A stretch of DNA of 64,000 bases from Candidatus Stammera capleta (lineage in GTDB: Bacteria > Pseudomonadota > Gammaproteobacteria > Enterobacterales > Enterobacteriaceae). The position numbers and the translations under genes are program-made. Shown here piece after piece: positions 1 through 13,181 of this stretch (its first letter is position 1; each line of letters starts with the position of its first letter). The stretch covers positions 167,081 to 231,080 of the forward strand of contig CP144859.1 in assembly GCA_036751175.1 (NCBI GenBank), in the 5' to 3' direction. The notes below the pieces were generated by a model that searched no databases, had not been told where the DNA came from, and saw only the letters and a list, made by a program, of their open reading frames with translations.

Positions 1-1089
1 ATAACTTTAAAAAGATTTATAAAATATGGATATAAAATTATTATTTTAATAGGCGGTATAACATCTATTATAGGTGATCCTAGTTTTAAAGAAAAAGAAA
101 GAACTATTAATTCTATAAAAAAAATAAATATATTTACGAAAAAAATTTCTTTACAAATTAAAACATTTTTTAAAAATAATAAAAATATTTTAATATTAAA
201 TAATAAAAAATGATTTAATAATATGAAAATACTATTTTTCTTAAAAAAAATAGGTAAATATTTTAATATTAATCAAATATTAAATAAAGAAGCTATAAAA
301 AAAAGAAATATAAAAAATAAAAAAGGAATTACATTTACAGAATTATCATACTGTTTATTACAAAGTTATGATTTTTTATATTTATATAATAAATATAGTA
401 TAAATCTACAAATAGGTGGTTCAGATCAATGAGGAAATATAATTTCTGGAATAGATCTAATTAATAAAATATATAAAAAAGAAACATTTGCAATTACTTT
501 ACCATTAATAACTAAAAAAAATGGAAAAAAATTTGGAAAAACAGAAAATAATACTCTATGATTAGACTCTCAAAAAACTACTCCTTATGAATTTTATCAA
601 TTTTGATTAAATATACAAGATAATCAAGTAAATAATTTTTTAAAACAAATAACTTTTTTAAAAAAAAAAAAAATTAAAAATATTATTAAAAAAAAAAATA
701 TATATAACACTAAAAAAATTTTAGCAAAAGAAATAACTAAAATAGTACATGGTAAAAAAGAACTGAAAAATATAATATTTACATCAAATTTTTTTTTTAA
801 AAAAAAATGAAAAAAAAATAAAAAATATTTTTATAAATTATCAAAACTTAATATACCTAAATTTAATATTTCTAAAAATATTTCATATATAAAAGAAATA
901 TTAATAACAACAAAAATTACAAATTCAAAATCACAAGCACATAATTTAATTTTAAATAAATCTATTTACATAAATTATAAAATAATAACAGATACAAAAT
1001 ATAAAATAAAAAATAAAGACAAATTTTTTAAAAAATTCACTTTAATAAGTAAAGGTAAAAAAAAATTTTTTTTAATAAAATGAAAATAA
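1..1089 (+). CDS. tyrS: tyrosine--tRNA ligase (5' end outside window)
   Basis: Frame 1 is open from the window edge under table 4. Contains IGGITSIIGDPSFKEKER and LQIGGSDQ-W(TGA 433-435)-GNIISGIDL. Ends GKKKFFLIKWK-TAA, like the E. coli TyrRS C-terminus (..CLICWK). Confidence 0.93.
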
Positions 1090-1103
1090 TATTATTTATA
1101 TTT

Positions 1104-1838
1104 TTAATATTTTTCTATAGTAATATTATTTTTTTTAATTAAAAATTTTTTTATTAAAATATCAAATATATTATTCACCATTTTTATATTACCAGATATC
1201 ATAAAATGACTATTATTATTTATATATTTATTTAAAATATCATATAAAAAAAAATCATATATATAACCATATATAATATTTTTTTCTTTTTTATAATTAA
1301 TATATTTTTCTCTACTAACAGAGAAAAAAAGTTTTAAATAATTTAAACCGTATATTTTTCTTAAATATAATAATTGATCTAAATAATAAATATAATTAAA
1401 ATATTTTACACCATATAAAAAAAAAACTTTTTTAAAATTATTTTTAATATACTTTAAATCACTTTTTAAAATAGATAATAAAGGAGATATAGAAGTACCA
1501 ATACATAACATCCATAATATATTTTTTCTATTAATATTTTTAATAATAAAATCACCATAAGAATATTTAGATATATAAATAATATTATTTGGTACTAAAT
1601 TAAATAATAAATTACTAAAATAACTATTTTTACTTCTTTTTAAAAAAAATTCTAATTCCTTACATTTATTTGAATTTATAAAAGAATAAAATCTATAATC
1701 AAATTTATCACTATTTTTAAAAGCTAATTTTGTAAATTGACCACCTAAAAATGAAGAAACATTATTTTTTAAAAAAATACTACAATAATTGATATTTCAT
1801 TTTTTAATTTTAATTATTTTATTTTTTATTCATTTCAT
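1104..1838 (-). CDS. fpr: ferredoxin/flavodoxin--NADP+ reductase
   Basis: Track fragment 1104-1511 extends upstream in frame to ATG 1838 (244 aa). MKWIKNKIIKIKKWN..GGQFTKLAF..LWMLCIGTSISPLLSILK..SREK..MISGNIKMV..IEKY parallels E. coli Fpr (GQFTKLGL, LWMLATGTAIGPYLSILR, SRE, MLCGNPQMV, EHYW). Confidence 0.85.
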
Positions 1839-1850
1839 AAATTTTAGAAA

Positions 1851-3143
<1,293 letters not shown>

Positions 3144-3425
3144 ATTAATACCTTTTAAATATAAGATAATAAAATAATTATATATTAATTATATAATTTA
3201 TTAACAATAAATATTAAATTTAAATTTTAAATAATTTAATTATTACTTAATAATTAATAACTTATTATATTAATATTTTAACAAAAAAAATATTTTAATA
3301 AAACAAAATATAAAAATTAATTAAAATTAAATATTTAACAAATATTGTTATATATATTTAAAATAAATTATAAATAATAAATTAAATTTACATATATATA
3401 TAAATATGTTAGTATATAACTACTT

Positions 3426-3497
3426 AGCGGGATAGAGCAGTGGTAGCTCGTCGGGCTCATAACCCGAAGGACGTTGGTTCAAATCCAACTCCCGCAA
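3426..3497 (+). tRNA. metY: initiator tRNA-fMet (anticodon CAT)
   Basis: AGCGGGA..GGGCTCATAACCC..GGTTCAAATCC..TCCCGCA-A. Has three G-C pairs closing the anticodon stem and a 1:72 mismatch, nearly identical to the E. coli tRNA-fMet core. No encoded CCA (followed by TTA). Confidence 0.9.
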
Positions 3498-3899
3498 TTA
3501 CAAAAAGAAAATTTGATATAAATAACTAATAAAATAAACTATTAATAAACCCTTCAAAAATCCTAAAATTAAACTTAATAATTTGTCTATAAAATAAATA
3601 AATGTTAAAAAAAAATTTTTAACTAATAAAAATAAAAAATTTTCTAAAAAATAAATTACAAATATAAAAAATAAAAAAAATAAAAATAAAGATATTTTCT
3701 TTTTAAATAAAAAAAATAAATATTTATTAAAATAAAAAAAAAAAATATTATTTAATAAAAAATATGAAACATAAAAAAAAAATAAAGAAAATAATTCTCT
3801 TAAAAAACCTCTTTTAAAACTATTTAAAACAGAAAAAAATATAACAAAATAACTTATTAAATAAATAATTTTAGTAAAATTCATAATATATTTACACAT
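3498..3899 (-). CDS. cvpA: colicin V production (CvpA) family inner-membrane protein
   Basis: Intact 133-aa ORF. FKRGFLRELFSLF and DKLLSLILGFLKGLLIV match the CvpA motifs LIRGFVREALSLV and DRVLGVCFGALRGVLIV. Its stop abuts the tRNA 3' end. The start could instead be the second ATG at 3884. Confidence 0.7.
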   Translation of the reverse strand: MCKYIMNFTKIIYLISYFVIFFSVLNSFKRGFLRELFSLFFFYVSYFLLNNIFFFYFNKYLFFLFKKKISLFLFFLFFIFVIYFLENFLFLLVKNFFLTFIYFIDKLLSLILGFLKGLLIVYFISYLYQIFFL

Positions 3900-3941
3900 T
3901 TAAAATAAAATTAATAATATCAAATTATTTTAAAAAAAAAA

Positions 3942-4694
3942 TTAAAACTCTATTTTATACAAATACAAACCATAAGGTTTAATTAAATTAATTTTTGAAA
4001 CACCTCTTTTTTTATAAAGAAGAATATCTTTTATTCAATTAACACAATTTTTTTTAGTACCTACTAATAATAAACAACTAACAATATTACGAACCATATG
4101 ATATAAAAATGAATCTGCTTTAATATCAAATATTATATACATTTTTCTTTTAAAAATTTTTAAATGCATAATATTTTTATAAACATTTTTAGATTCACAA
4201 CCTGAAGACTGAAAAGAACTAAAATCATGTTTACCTAATAAAAACTTTGATGCTTGTAACATTAAATTAATATTTATATTACCTAAATAATAAGTAACTA
4301 AATTATTTAAAAAACTTGATCTAATTTTAGAATTTAATATAAAATACAAATATCTTCTAGAATAAACATTATAACGAGCATGAAAATGGTTATTAACATA
4401 TTTTACTCATTTAAAAGTTATATCATTAGGTAAATTAAAATTAGAAATTAATAATCAATGATTTTCTTTTTTATAACAAAACGTATCAAAATGAAATATT
4501 TGTCCTAAACTATGTACACCAGAATCAGTTCTACTAGAACAAAAAATTTTTATTTTATGTTTAGCAATTTTAGATAAACATGTCTCTATAACTTCTTGAA
4601 TACTTAAATGACTATGTAACTGTTTTTGTCAACCAATATAATTATAACCATTATATTCTACACAAACCAATAATCTATATTTTTTATTTAACAT
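3942..4694 (-). CDS. truA: tRNA pseudouridine(38-40) synthase
   Basis: Track fragment 4035-4349 extends both ways through TGA codons. [76 protein letters not shown]. 250 aa. Confidence 0.9.
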
Positions 4695-5019
4695 AAAACT
4701 TATTTTTTTTATTACGTAAAAAATATAATTTAGATTTACGAAAAAAAATTTTTTTTTTAATTAATATAGAATATATAAGAGGTGAATGAATAAAAAAAAT
4801 TCTTTCCACACCTTCTCCATAAGAAAATTTTCTTAAAACAAAAGAAGAATTTAAACCTTTATTCTTAATAGAAATAATTATTCCTTTAAAAATTTGTAAT
4901 CTTTTTTTAGAACTTTCTATAATTCATAATTTAACTTCTACTACATATCCTGATTTTAAAAAAGGTATTTTTTTTTTTAAATATTTATTTTCAATATAAC
5001 TAATTAATTTATTTTTCAT
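4684..5019 (-). CDS. rplS: 50S ribosomal protein L19
   Basis: [62 protein letters not shown]. GAGGG Shine-Dalgarno sequence 5 nt upstream of the start. The 3' end overlaps the truA start by 11 nt. Confidence 0.92.
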
Positions 5020-5032
5020 ATAACCCTCAAAA

Positions 5033-5758
5033 TTAATTTTTAAAATATTTTTTTAAAAATTTTAATAAATTTTTATCTAAAAAAAAATGATTTAATAAAT
5101 AAGGTTTATAAATTAAAGTTTTTATAAAAGATTGTCTTAATCTTCATAAATATATATTTTTATGATTTCCAGATAAAAGAACTTCAGGTACAGTAAAATT
5201 ATTAAAATTATGTGGTTTTGTATAATTTGGATAACCTAATAAACCTTTAAAATTAAAAGAATCATTTTTAGAAGAATTTATATTATTTAATATACCAGGT
5301 ATATTTCTTATAATTAAATCTATAATTACTAAAACTGATATTTCCCCACAACTTAAAATATAATCACCTATAGATATTTCTATATCTATATAATTATCAA
5401 TTAATCTCTGATCTACTCCATTATAACGACTACATATAAATATTAAAGAATCATAACACAACAACTTATTAATTAAATTAATATTAATAATTTGACCTTG
5501 AGGTGATAAATGTACTATAAAAGATTTTTTATATAAATCTCGAATTTTTTTAATTACATAATATAAAGGTTTAGGACTCATTAATAAACCTGATCCACCA
5601 CCATAAATTTTACCATCAATATCATATTTTTTTTTTAAATCCATTAAATTTCAAAAATTAAAACTAATAATTTTTTTTTTTATACCTTTATATATTAAAC
5701 CATTTTTAAAAGGAGAAATAAAAAAACTAGGATTCATAGTAACAATATTAAATATCAT
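5033..5758 (-). CDS. trmD: tRNA (guanine37-N1)-methyltransferase
   Basis: Track fragment 5144-5644 extends through TGA on both sides. MIFNIVTMNPSFF..GKIYGGGSGLLM..SIGDYILSCGE..VPEVLLSGNHKNIYLWRLRQS. 241 aa. Confidence 0.92.
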
Positions 5759-5799
5759 TTTTCAAAATAACTTCAAAATATTAAATAATAATAAAAATA

Positions 5800-6060
5800 T
5801 TAATTATAAAAACTAATTTTTTTATATTTTTTAAATAAATATGAAACTTTTTTAGATAAAACAGCTCCATTTTTAATTCATAAATCAACACTTTTAATAT
5901 CTATATATATACCTTTATTAGGTATAAACACATCAAAAGGATTATAAAAACCTAATTTCTGAATAAATTTAGCATTACGAAATCTACGTTTATCAGCTAT
6001 AACAATATGATAAAAAGGAAATTTTTTTCTTCCATAACGAGCTAAACGTATAATTACCAT
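5800..6060 (-). CDS. rpsP: 30S ribosomal protein S16
   Basis: [41 protein letters not shown], continuing through TGA 5878-5880. GGAG lies 7 nt upstream of ATG 6060, which I prefer over the track start at 6072. Confidence 0.9.
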
Positions 6061-6097
6061 AAATAACTCCAATATTTAATAAAAATATATCACATTA

Positions 6098-6182
6098 CAG
6101 TGGGAAAGGGATTCGAACCCTTGATACAATTAAGTATACACATTTTCCAAACGTGCTCTTTAAACCACTCAGACATCCCACT
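6098..6182 (-). tRNA. tRNA-Ser (anticodon GGA), long variable arm
   Basis: Folds by hand: acceptor AGTGGGA/TCCCACT, 3-bp D stem, anticodon loop TTGGAAA, 16-nt variable arm, T arm AAGGG-TTCGAAT-CCCTT, discriminator G. No encoded CCA. Confidence 0.85.
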
Positions 6183-6228
6183 AATTTAATAAAATATTAG
6201 TATATTATATACTAAAAATAAAAATATT

Positions 6229-6257
6229 TTGACATTTATAAATATTTTCATTATACT
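6229..6257 (+). promoter_or_regulatory. sigma70-type promoter for tRNA-Asn
   Basis: TTGACA (6229-6234), a 17-nt spacer, then TATACT (6252-6257), ending 9 nt before the tRNA-Asn 5' end. Confidence 0.5.
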
Positions 6258-6266
6258 ATTTTATAT

Positions 6267-6339
6267 TCCTCTGTAGTTCAGTTGGTAGAACGGCGGACTG
6301 TTAATCCGTATGTCACTGGTTCGAATCCAGTCGGAGGAG
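6267..6339 (+). tRNA. tRNA-Asn (anticodon GTT)
   Basis: TCCTCTGTAGTTCAGTTGGTAGAACGGCGGACTGTTAATCCGTATGTCACTGGTTCGAATCCAGTCGGAGGAG is almost identical to E. coli tRNA-Asn. No encoded CCA. Confidence 0.93.
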
Positions 6340-6344
6340 TAAAA

Positions 6345-8762
6345 TTAAAAATCAATATTAAAATTATTTATAAAATTATTCTTAATAAATTTTTTTCTTA
6401 ATTTTATATTATCTCCCATTAAAGTTTTAAATAATTTATCGACTTTATTATTATCACTAATAACAATTCTAGATAATATTCTTTTTTTAGGATTCATAGT
6501 AGAATCTCACAATTGTATAGGATTCATTTCACCTAAACCTTTATAACGTTGAATTAATATTTTTTTTTTATTTTTATTTAGAAAAAAATCAATTAAAAAA
6601 TAAAAATTATTAAAATATATTTTTTTATTATTTAATAAAACAAATTTATTATATTTTTTTTTAAAAAAAAATAATTTTTTTCCTAATTCTAAAAGAGAAA
6701 TATATTTTTCTTCAAAAAAAAAATTATCAATATAAATAACATTATTACTAAATTCATTTAAAAAATAAAATTTTATTTTAAAAAAAAAATTTTTATTAAA
6801 ATTTAATTTAAAAAATATTTTCTTTTTAAAATTAGAAATTTTATTTAAATAAAAAACAAAATCATTTAACCATAAATTTATATGATATTTATCAAAAAAA
6901 AATAATTTTTTAAAAAACATAATTTCATTTAAAACAAAAAAAGAAAATTTACTCTTAAATTTTGATATATAACTTAAAAAATAAATATATTTATAAGATA
7001 AATAAATTAATTTTTTATTTTCTAATAAAACCGAATTATTATATTTATATAAAATAATATTTTTAAAAGATAATTTAATTTTATATTTTAAAAGATCATG
7101 ATCATTTTTTATATATAATTCTTTTTTACCTTTTTTAATTTTATATAAAGGAGGACGAGCAATATATAAATATCCATTTTTAATTAAATCAGGCATATAT
7201 CTATAAAAAAAAGTTAATAACAAAGTACGTATATGAGCACCATCTACATCAGCATCAGTCATAATAATAATACTATGATATCTTAATTTATCTAAATTAA
7301 AATTTTTACTACCTATACCACACCCTAAAACAGAAACTAATGTATTTATTTCTTTAGAAGACAAAATTTTATCTAAATTAGTTTTTTCAACATTAATTAT
7401 TTTTCCTTTTAATGGTAAAACAGCTTGATTTATACGATTTCTACCTTGTTTAGCAGAACCACCAGCAGAATCACCTTCTACTAAAAAAATTTCAGATAAA
7501 GAAGGTTTTTTTTCTTGACAACCAGCTAATTTACTAGCCGTAATATTTATATCTAAAATATTTTTTTTTCTAGATAATTCTCGAGATTTTCTAATTGATT
7601 CTCTAATTTTATAAGAATTTATTATTTTATTTATAATTAATTTAGTATCATTAGAATAATTAATTAAAAAATTTAATAAATATTTATTTATCAGTGATTC
7701 AACTATATATTTAATTTCTGAAGAAATTAATTTTTCTTTAGTTTGTGAAGAAAATTTAGGATTAAACATTTTAATAGAAACTATTCCAAACAATCCTATT
7801 CTAATATCTTCACCTATTACACCAATTTTTTTTTTTTTATTTAAAATATTTTTATTTAAATATGTATTTATACTACGTGTTATACCAGATTTAAAACCTA
7901 TTAAATGAGTACCACCATCTTTCTGAAATATATTATTAGTAAAACATAAAATTTTACTTTTTATTGAGTTTACTCATTGTAATGCTAATTCTAAATAAAT
8001 TTTTTTTCTTTTCTTTTTTAAATAAAAAACATTTTTATGAAGCAATTTTTTATTTTTAATTAAATAAAATAAAAATGATTTAATACCACCATAATTTAAA
8101 AATTTATTAAAATATTTTTTTTTTACATCTATTAATTTAATATATAAACCAGGATTTAAAAAAGATAATTCATTTAATCTATTTAAAAAAATACTAAATT
8201 TAAATTTTAAAAAATCAGAAAATATTTTTTTATCAGGTCAAAAACGTATATAAGTACCATTTAACTTAGTATTACCAATAATAGATATATTTTTTTCAGG
8301 AATACCAAATCTATAAATTTGATAAAAAATTTTTTTTTCTCTATATATCTTTAATTCTAATTTTTCTGACAAAGCATTTACAACTGATATACCAACTCCA
8401 TGTAAACCACCTGAAATTCTATAAGAATTATTATCAAATTTACTACCAGAATGTAAAACTGTCATAATTAATTCAGCACTTGATATACCAGTATCACTAT
8501 GTAAATCTGTAGGTATACCTCTACCATCATCTAAAACAGATAAAGAATCATCATCATGTATAGTAACAAAAATTTTTTTACAAAAACCAGCTAAACATTC
8601 ATCTATAGAATTATCTATTACTTCAAAAGCCATATGATGTAAACCTGTACCATCACAAGTATCACCAATATACATACCTGGACGTTTACGTACAGCTTCT
8701 AAACCTTTTAATATTTTAATACTAGAAGAATCATAAAAATTATATGACATATTTTTACTCAT
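6345..8762 (-). CDS. gyrB: DNA gyrase subunit B
   Basis: Track fragments 6507-7793 and 8238-8762 plus the intervening sequence form one frame with only TGA interruptions. [71 protein letters not shown]. 805 aa. Retains the gammaproteobacterial insertion. Confidence 0.95.
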
Positions 8763-8780
8763 TTAAAATTAAATATTTGT

Positions 8781-9920
8781 CTATAATTGAATTGGCATAA
8801 TCATATAATTTACAAATTTATTATCAATATTTAAAATTTTTACAATAGAATTATTATCTTTAAAATAAATACGTATTTTATCACTATTCTTAATAGTATT
8901 TAAAATATCTAAAATAAATTTAATATTTAAATTTATATTTATATTATCACCAATATAATTAATTAAAATTTTTTCTTTTATTTCATTATTATTAGAATCA
9001 TCAGAAGTTAATATAAGACAATTTTTTTTAAAATGCAAATTTACATAATTTAATAAATTACTACTGATAACGGAAGAACGTAATAAAGCATTTTTAAATA
9101 AAAATAAATTTATATCTACAAAAAAATAATCTTTTATAGATAAAATAATATTTTTATAATCAGGAAAAGAACCATTTATTAAACTACTATATATAATATA
9201 ATTATCAAAAAAAATTTTTACTATATTAGTACCTATTTCAAAAAAAATATTTTGATTATCTAAAAAACTTAAAAATTTAAATAATTCCATTATTAATTTA
9301 CGAGAAATAATCAAAGAAAAATTTTTTTTTTTATTTACTAAAAAAAAATATTTTACATCTAATTTATAAATTGAAATACGATAACTATCTGTAGTTACAA
9401 AAAAAAAAAAACCATATTTACTATTATATTCTATTAACATACCATTTAAATAATAATAAATATCTTGATTACCTATAGAAAAATACGTAGAAAATATTAT
9501 TTTTTTAAGTAAATTACTAGAAACAGAAAATTTATAATTAAAAGAAAAATTTTTATCTAAAATAGGAAATTGTTGTACAGGTAAAGTATTTAATAAAGAA
9601 ACACTTTTTAAACAAGATAATTTTAATCTATTTTTATATAAATTTAAAAATACTAAATCATCTTTATGATAAGTACGAAATAATTCATATAAATTATGTA
9701 AATTAACGGTTAATGAACCATTAGAAAAAACATTTTTTTTATCTAATTTGATATAACAATTAATTTCTATATCTAAATCAGTAACTACTAAATTTAATAC
9801 AAAATCATTTAATTTTATTAAAACATAAGTTAAAATAATATTTTTATTAGAAATACTTACATAAGTATTAAGTTTACTTAATACATTAAATATTTTTTCT
9901 TTTTTGATAAAAAATTTCAT
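8781..9920 (-). CDS. dnaN: DNA polymerase III beta sliding clamp
   Basis: Intact 379-aa ORF. The MKFFIKKEKIFNVLSKL N-terminus parallels E. coli MKFTVEREHLLKPLQQV. Lies between dnaA and gyrB. Confidence 0.88.
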   Translation of the reverse strand: MKFFIKKEKIFNVLSKLNTYVSISNKNIILTYVLIKLNDFVLNLVVTDLDIEINCYIKLDKKNVFSNGSLTVNLHNLYELFRTYHKDDLVFLNLYKNRLKLSCLKSVSLLNTLPVQQFPILDKNFSFNYKFSVSSNLLKKIIFSTYFSIGNQDIYYYLNGMLIEYNSKYGFFFFVTTDSYRISIYKLDVKYFFLVNKKKNFSLIISRKLIMELFKFLSFLDNQNIFFEIGTNIVKIFFDNYIIYSSLINGSFPDYKNIILSIKDYFFVDINLFLFKNALLRSSVISSNLLNYVNLHFKKNCLILTSDDSNNNEIKEKILINYIGDNININLNIKFILDILNTIKNSDKIRIYFKDNNSIVKILNIDNKFVNYMIMPIQL

Positions 9921-11238
9921 ATTTAGATATTAAAATTAATTTAACTAAATTATTAAACTCAGATTGAATCATATTATTAACAACACACAACTTATTAATT
10001 TTTTTACAAGAATATATAATAGTAGAATGATCTACACCAAAAAAAAAACCTAATTTAGATAAACTACAATCAATTAATTTTCTACTAATAGCTATAGACA
10101 TTTGTCTAGGATAAACTAAAAATTTATAACGAAATTTAGATAATAAATCAATAACTCTAATTTTATAATAATCTGAAACTACTTTTTGTATAATACGAAC
10201 AAAAAAATAACTATTATCTAATTTTAAAAAATTATATATTATATTTTTAATAAAATCAACATCAATATTTTTATATATATATATATAATCTTTAAAAATA
10301 AATAAAATATTTAAAACATTTTTTAATATATACATATTAATAATATTTAATTTAGATATAAAATAAATATTTTTTTTATTTAAAAATTTTATTTTTTTCA
10401 AATTAAAAGATAAAAATTTATATCTAATATTAAAATCAATATTATTAATTTTAATTATTAAACCACAAAAAAATTTAGAAATAATTTTACTATGCAAATT
10501 TAAATTATTAATATTTTTACAAGAAGTAAAAACTAATATACATTTTTTATCTATAAAATAATTTAATATACGTAAAAATTCTTTTTGAAAAAAATTATTA
10601 CTTTCCAAATAATTAATATCATCAATTAATAAAACATCTGCAGATATTAAATAATTTCTATATTTATTTAAATTATTTTTATAAATATTAATTTTAAAAT
10701 TATTAATAAATTTTTTCATTTTTAAATAAATTATTTTTTTTGAATATTTATATATATCATTTATTTTATTACCTATAGAATTAATTAAATGAGTTTTTCC
10801 TAAACCTTTACAACTATACAAAAATAATATTTTATATTTTTTAGAAATTAAATAACATAAATTTATTGATTCTTTATAAGCTAAAAAATTAGACTTACTA
10901 TAAATAAAATTATCAAAACTATATTTTTTAGATAACAAAGAAATATTAAAATCTAATAAATTATTTTCTTTCTTTATTTTTTTTTTTTTATCTATATATT
11001 TACTTCCAATAAAAAAATTAATTGACATTAAATTAATATTAAAACTATAAAAATAATTATAAATATATTTTATATAATTATTTTTTACATAATTAATAAC
11101 TAAAATATTAGGAGCATATAAATTTAATGAATTATTATTTATAACCACTTGTAAAGGTAAAATTCATATACTAAACTCTTCTTTAGATAAATCATTTTTA
11201 AATTTTTTTAAACATTTTAATCATAATTTTTGTAACAA
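9886..11238 (-). CDS. dnaA: chromosomal replication initiator DnaA
   Basis: Track ORF 9886-11148 extends upstream through two TGA codons: (M)LQKLWLKCLKKFKNDLSKEEFSIWILPLQ..LNLYAPN, compared with E. coli [37 protein letters not shown]. Walker A is GLGKTHL. The proposed start is TTG 11238 with GAGAGG 6 nt upstream. The 3' end overlaps dnaN by 35 nt. Confidence 0.88.
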
Positions 11239-11316
11239 TATAAACCTCTCATTTAATATAATATAATAGTATAATTATACATAAATAATATCAATTAAAA
11301 ATATTAATTTAAATAT

Positions 11317-11451
11317 ATGAAAAGAACATATCAACCATCAAAAATAAAAAAAAAACGTACTCATGGTTTCAGAAAAAGAATGTCAACTAAAAATGGAAGA
11401 AAAATTTTATCAAATAAAAGAAAAAAAGGTAGAAAAAAAATATCAACATAA
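11317..11451 (+). CDS. rpmH: 50S ribosomal protein L34
   Basis: [44 protein letters not shown]. Too short to appear in the ORF track. Confidence 0.92.
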   Translation: MKRTYQPSKIKKKRTHGFRKRMSTKNGRKILSNKRKKGRKKIST

Positions 11452-11473
11452 AAGATTTTTTTTACCTAAAAGT

Positions 11474-11770
11474 ATGAAACTTAAAACTAAAAGATTTCTT
11501 TTTACTAAAAAAAAAATATATAAATATTTATCAATAAAAATTAAATTAAACAAATTAAATTATCCTAGAATAGGAATACTTATTAAAAAAAAAAATATTA
11601 AATATTCAGTAAAAAGAAATAAAATTAGAAGAATTATCTATGAAACATTTAGATTAAAACAACATAAAATAAAAAATATTGATTATTTATTAATAATTAA
11701 TAAAAATATATTAAATTTAAAAAAAAAATTTTTTTTTTTAAAAAAAATATGAAAAAAATATTATAAATAA
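11474..11770 (+). CDS. rnpA: ribonuclease P protein component
   Basis: ..YPRIGILIKKKNIKYSVKRNKIRRIIYETFRLKQH.. is the RNR motif region. Continues through TGA 11750-11752 (LKKIWKKYYK, compared with E. coli LEKLWRRHCRL). The start is uncertain: ATG 11474 is chosen because the longer track ORF overlaps rpmH. Confidence 0.72.
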
Positions 11771-11792
11771 AATTATAATTTAAAACAAAAAT

Positions 11793-13181
11793 ATGAATTT
11801 TATAAAAAAAATTATTATTATTATAATAATAATTATAAGCCCTTTAATACAAGCAAAAAAAAATAACTTAAATAATTATATATATATAAAAAATAATGTT
11901 TTATTAACAAAAATAAATAAATTAAATGGTAATATAAATAAAATAAAATTATTAAAATACGAAAATAATAAATTAAATAAAAATTTAAATAACTTAATAA
12001 ATATAAATATATATAAAATAGAAAAAAATAATAATATTAAAGAAAAAATTAATTTTAATAAAAAAAAAATTTATATAAATAAAAAATATATTAAAATACT
12101 GTGAGAAAATAAAATAAACAAAGTAAAATATAGTAAATATATTATATTAAATAAAAATTCATATAAATGAAATTGAAATATTAAAATAGAAAATAACTCT
12201 AATAAAATTTTAAACTATAAAATATATAGTAAATTAATAAATAAAGAAAATATTAAAAATAATACAAATAACATTTTATTTTTAGATAAAAATAATAAAT
12301 GTAAAAAATATTTTATAAATAATATTAATGATAAAAAAATATTAAATACTAATTTAAATTGAACTTCAATATCTGAAAAACAATTTTCAACTATACTAAT
12401 ACCAAAAAAAAATAATACAAATAATAATTATTACATAAAAAAAAAAAATAATAATTTAGTTACTAAATACATTATTCCAATTAAAATCAAAGCTAACAAA
12501 AAAAAAAATATACAATTTAAATTATGAACAGGACCTAATTTAATAAAAAATTTAAATAAATTATCAAATAATTTAGATTGAAATATTAATTATAATAAAT
12601 TTTGATTTATCTCAAAACCAATTTTAAAATTTTTAATTTATATAAATAAAATTGTAAATAATTGAGGATATTCAATAATAATTATAACAATAATATTTAA
12701 AATATTAACTTATCCATTAAATAAAATACAATCTAAAATAATAAAAAAAATTAAAAATATACAACCAAAAATAGAAAAAATTAAAATAAAATATAAAAAT
12801 AACACACAAAAAATAAATAAAAAAATTATTTACTTATACAAAAAAAAAAAAATAAATCCAATAAAAAGTTTTTTAATTATTCTAATACAAATACCAATAT
12901 TTATATCCATATATAATATAATTTCTCAATCAGTAGAATTTAAAAATTCAAAATTTTTATTCTGAATTAAAGATTTATCAACATATGATAAATATTATTT
13001 TTTACCTATAATTATGGGTATATCAATGATATTAGTACAAAAACAAAATAATAATAATAAAAATATATTTTTTACACCATTAATTTTTACAATACTATCA
13101 TTATATTTTCCTAGTGGAGTATTACTTTACTATATAACAAATAATTTAATTACTTTTTTACAACAAAAATATACATCATAA
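11793..13181 (+). CDS. yidC: membrane protein insertase YidC
   Basis: Track fragment 11793-12104 continues in frame through many TGA codons to TAA 13179-13181. The C-terminal core is WGYSIIIITIIFKILTYPL..IQPKIEKIKIKY..INPIKSFLIILIQIPIFISIY..FPSGVLLYYITNNLITFLQQ. Confidence 0.88.

Noticed and set aside
3144-3425. The 282-nt A/T spacer between eno and tRNA-fMet, examined for a small RNA, a repeat family or an origin-like element. It contains short dyads and a weak TTTACA-N17-TAGTAT candidate promoter.
   Set aside because: Nothing rises above what near-pure A/T sequence produces by chance. There is no G/C-containing structured core like that seen in the tRNAs.
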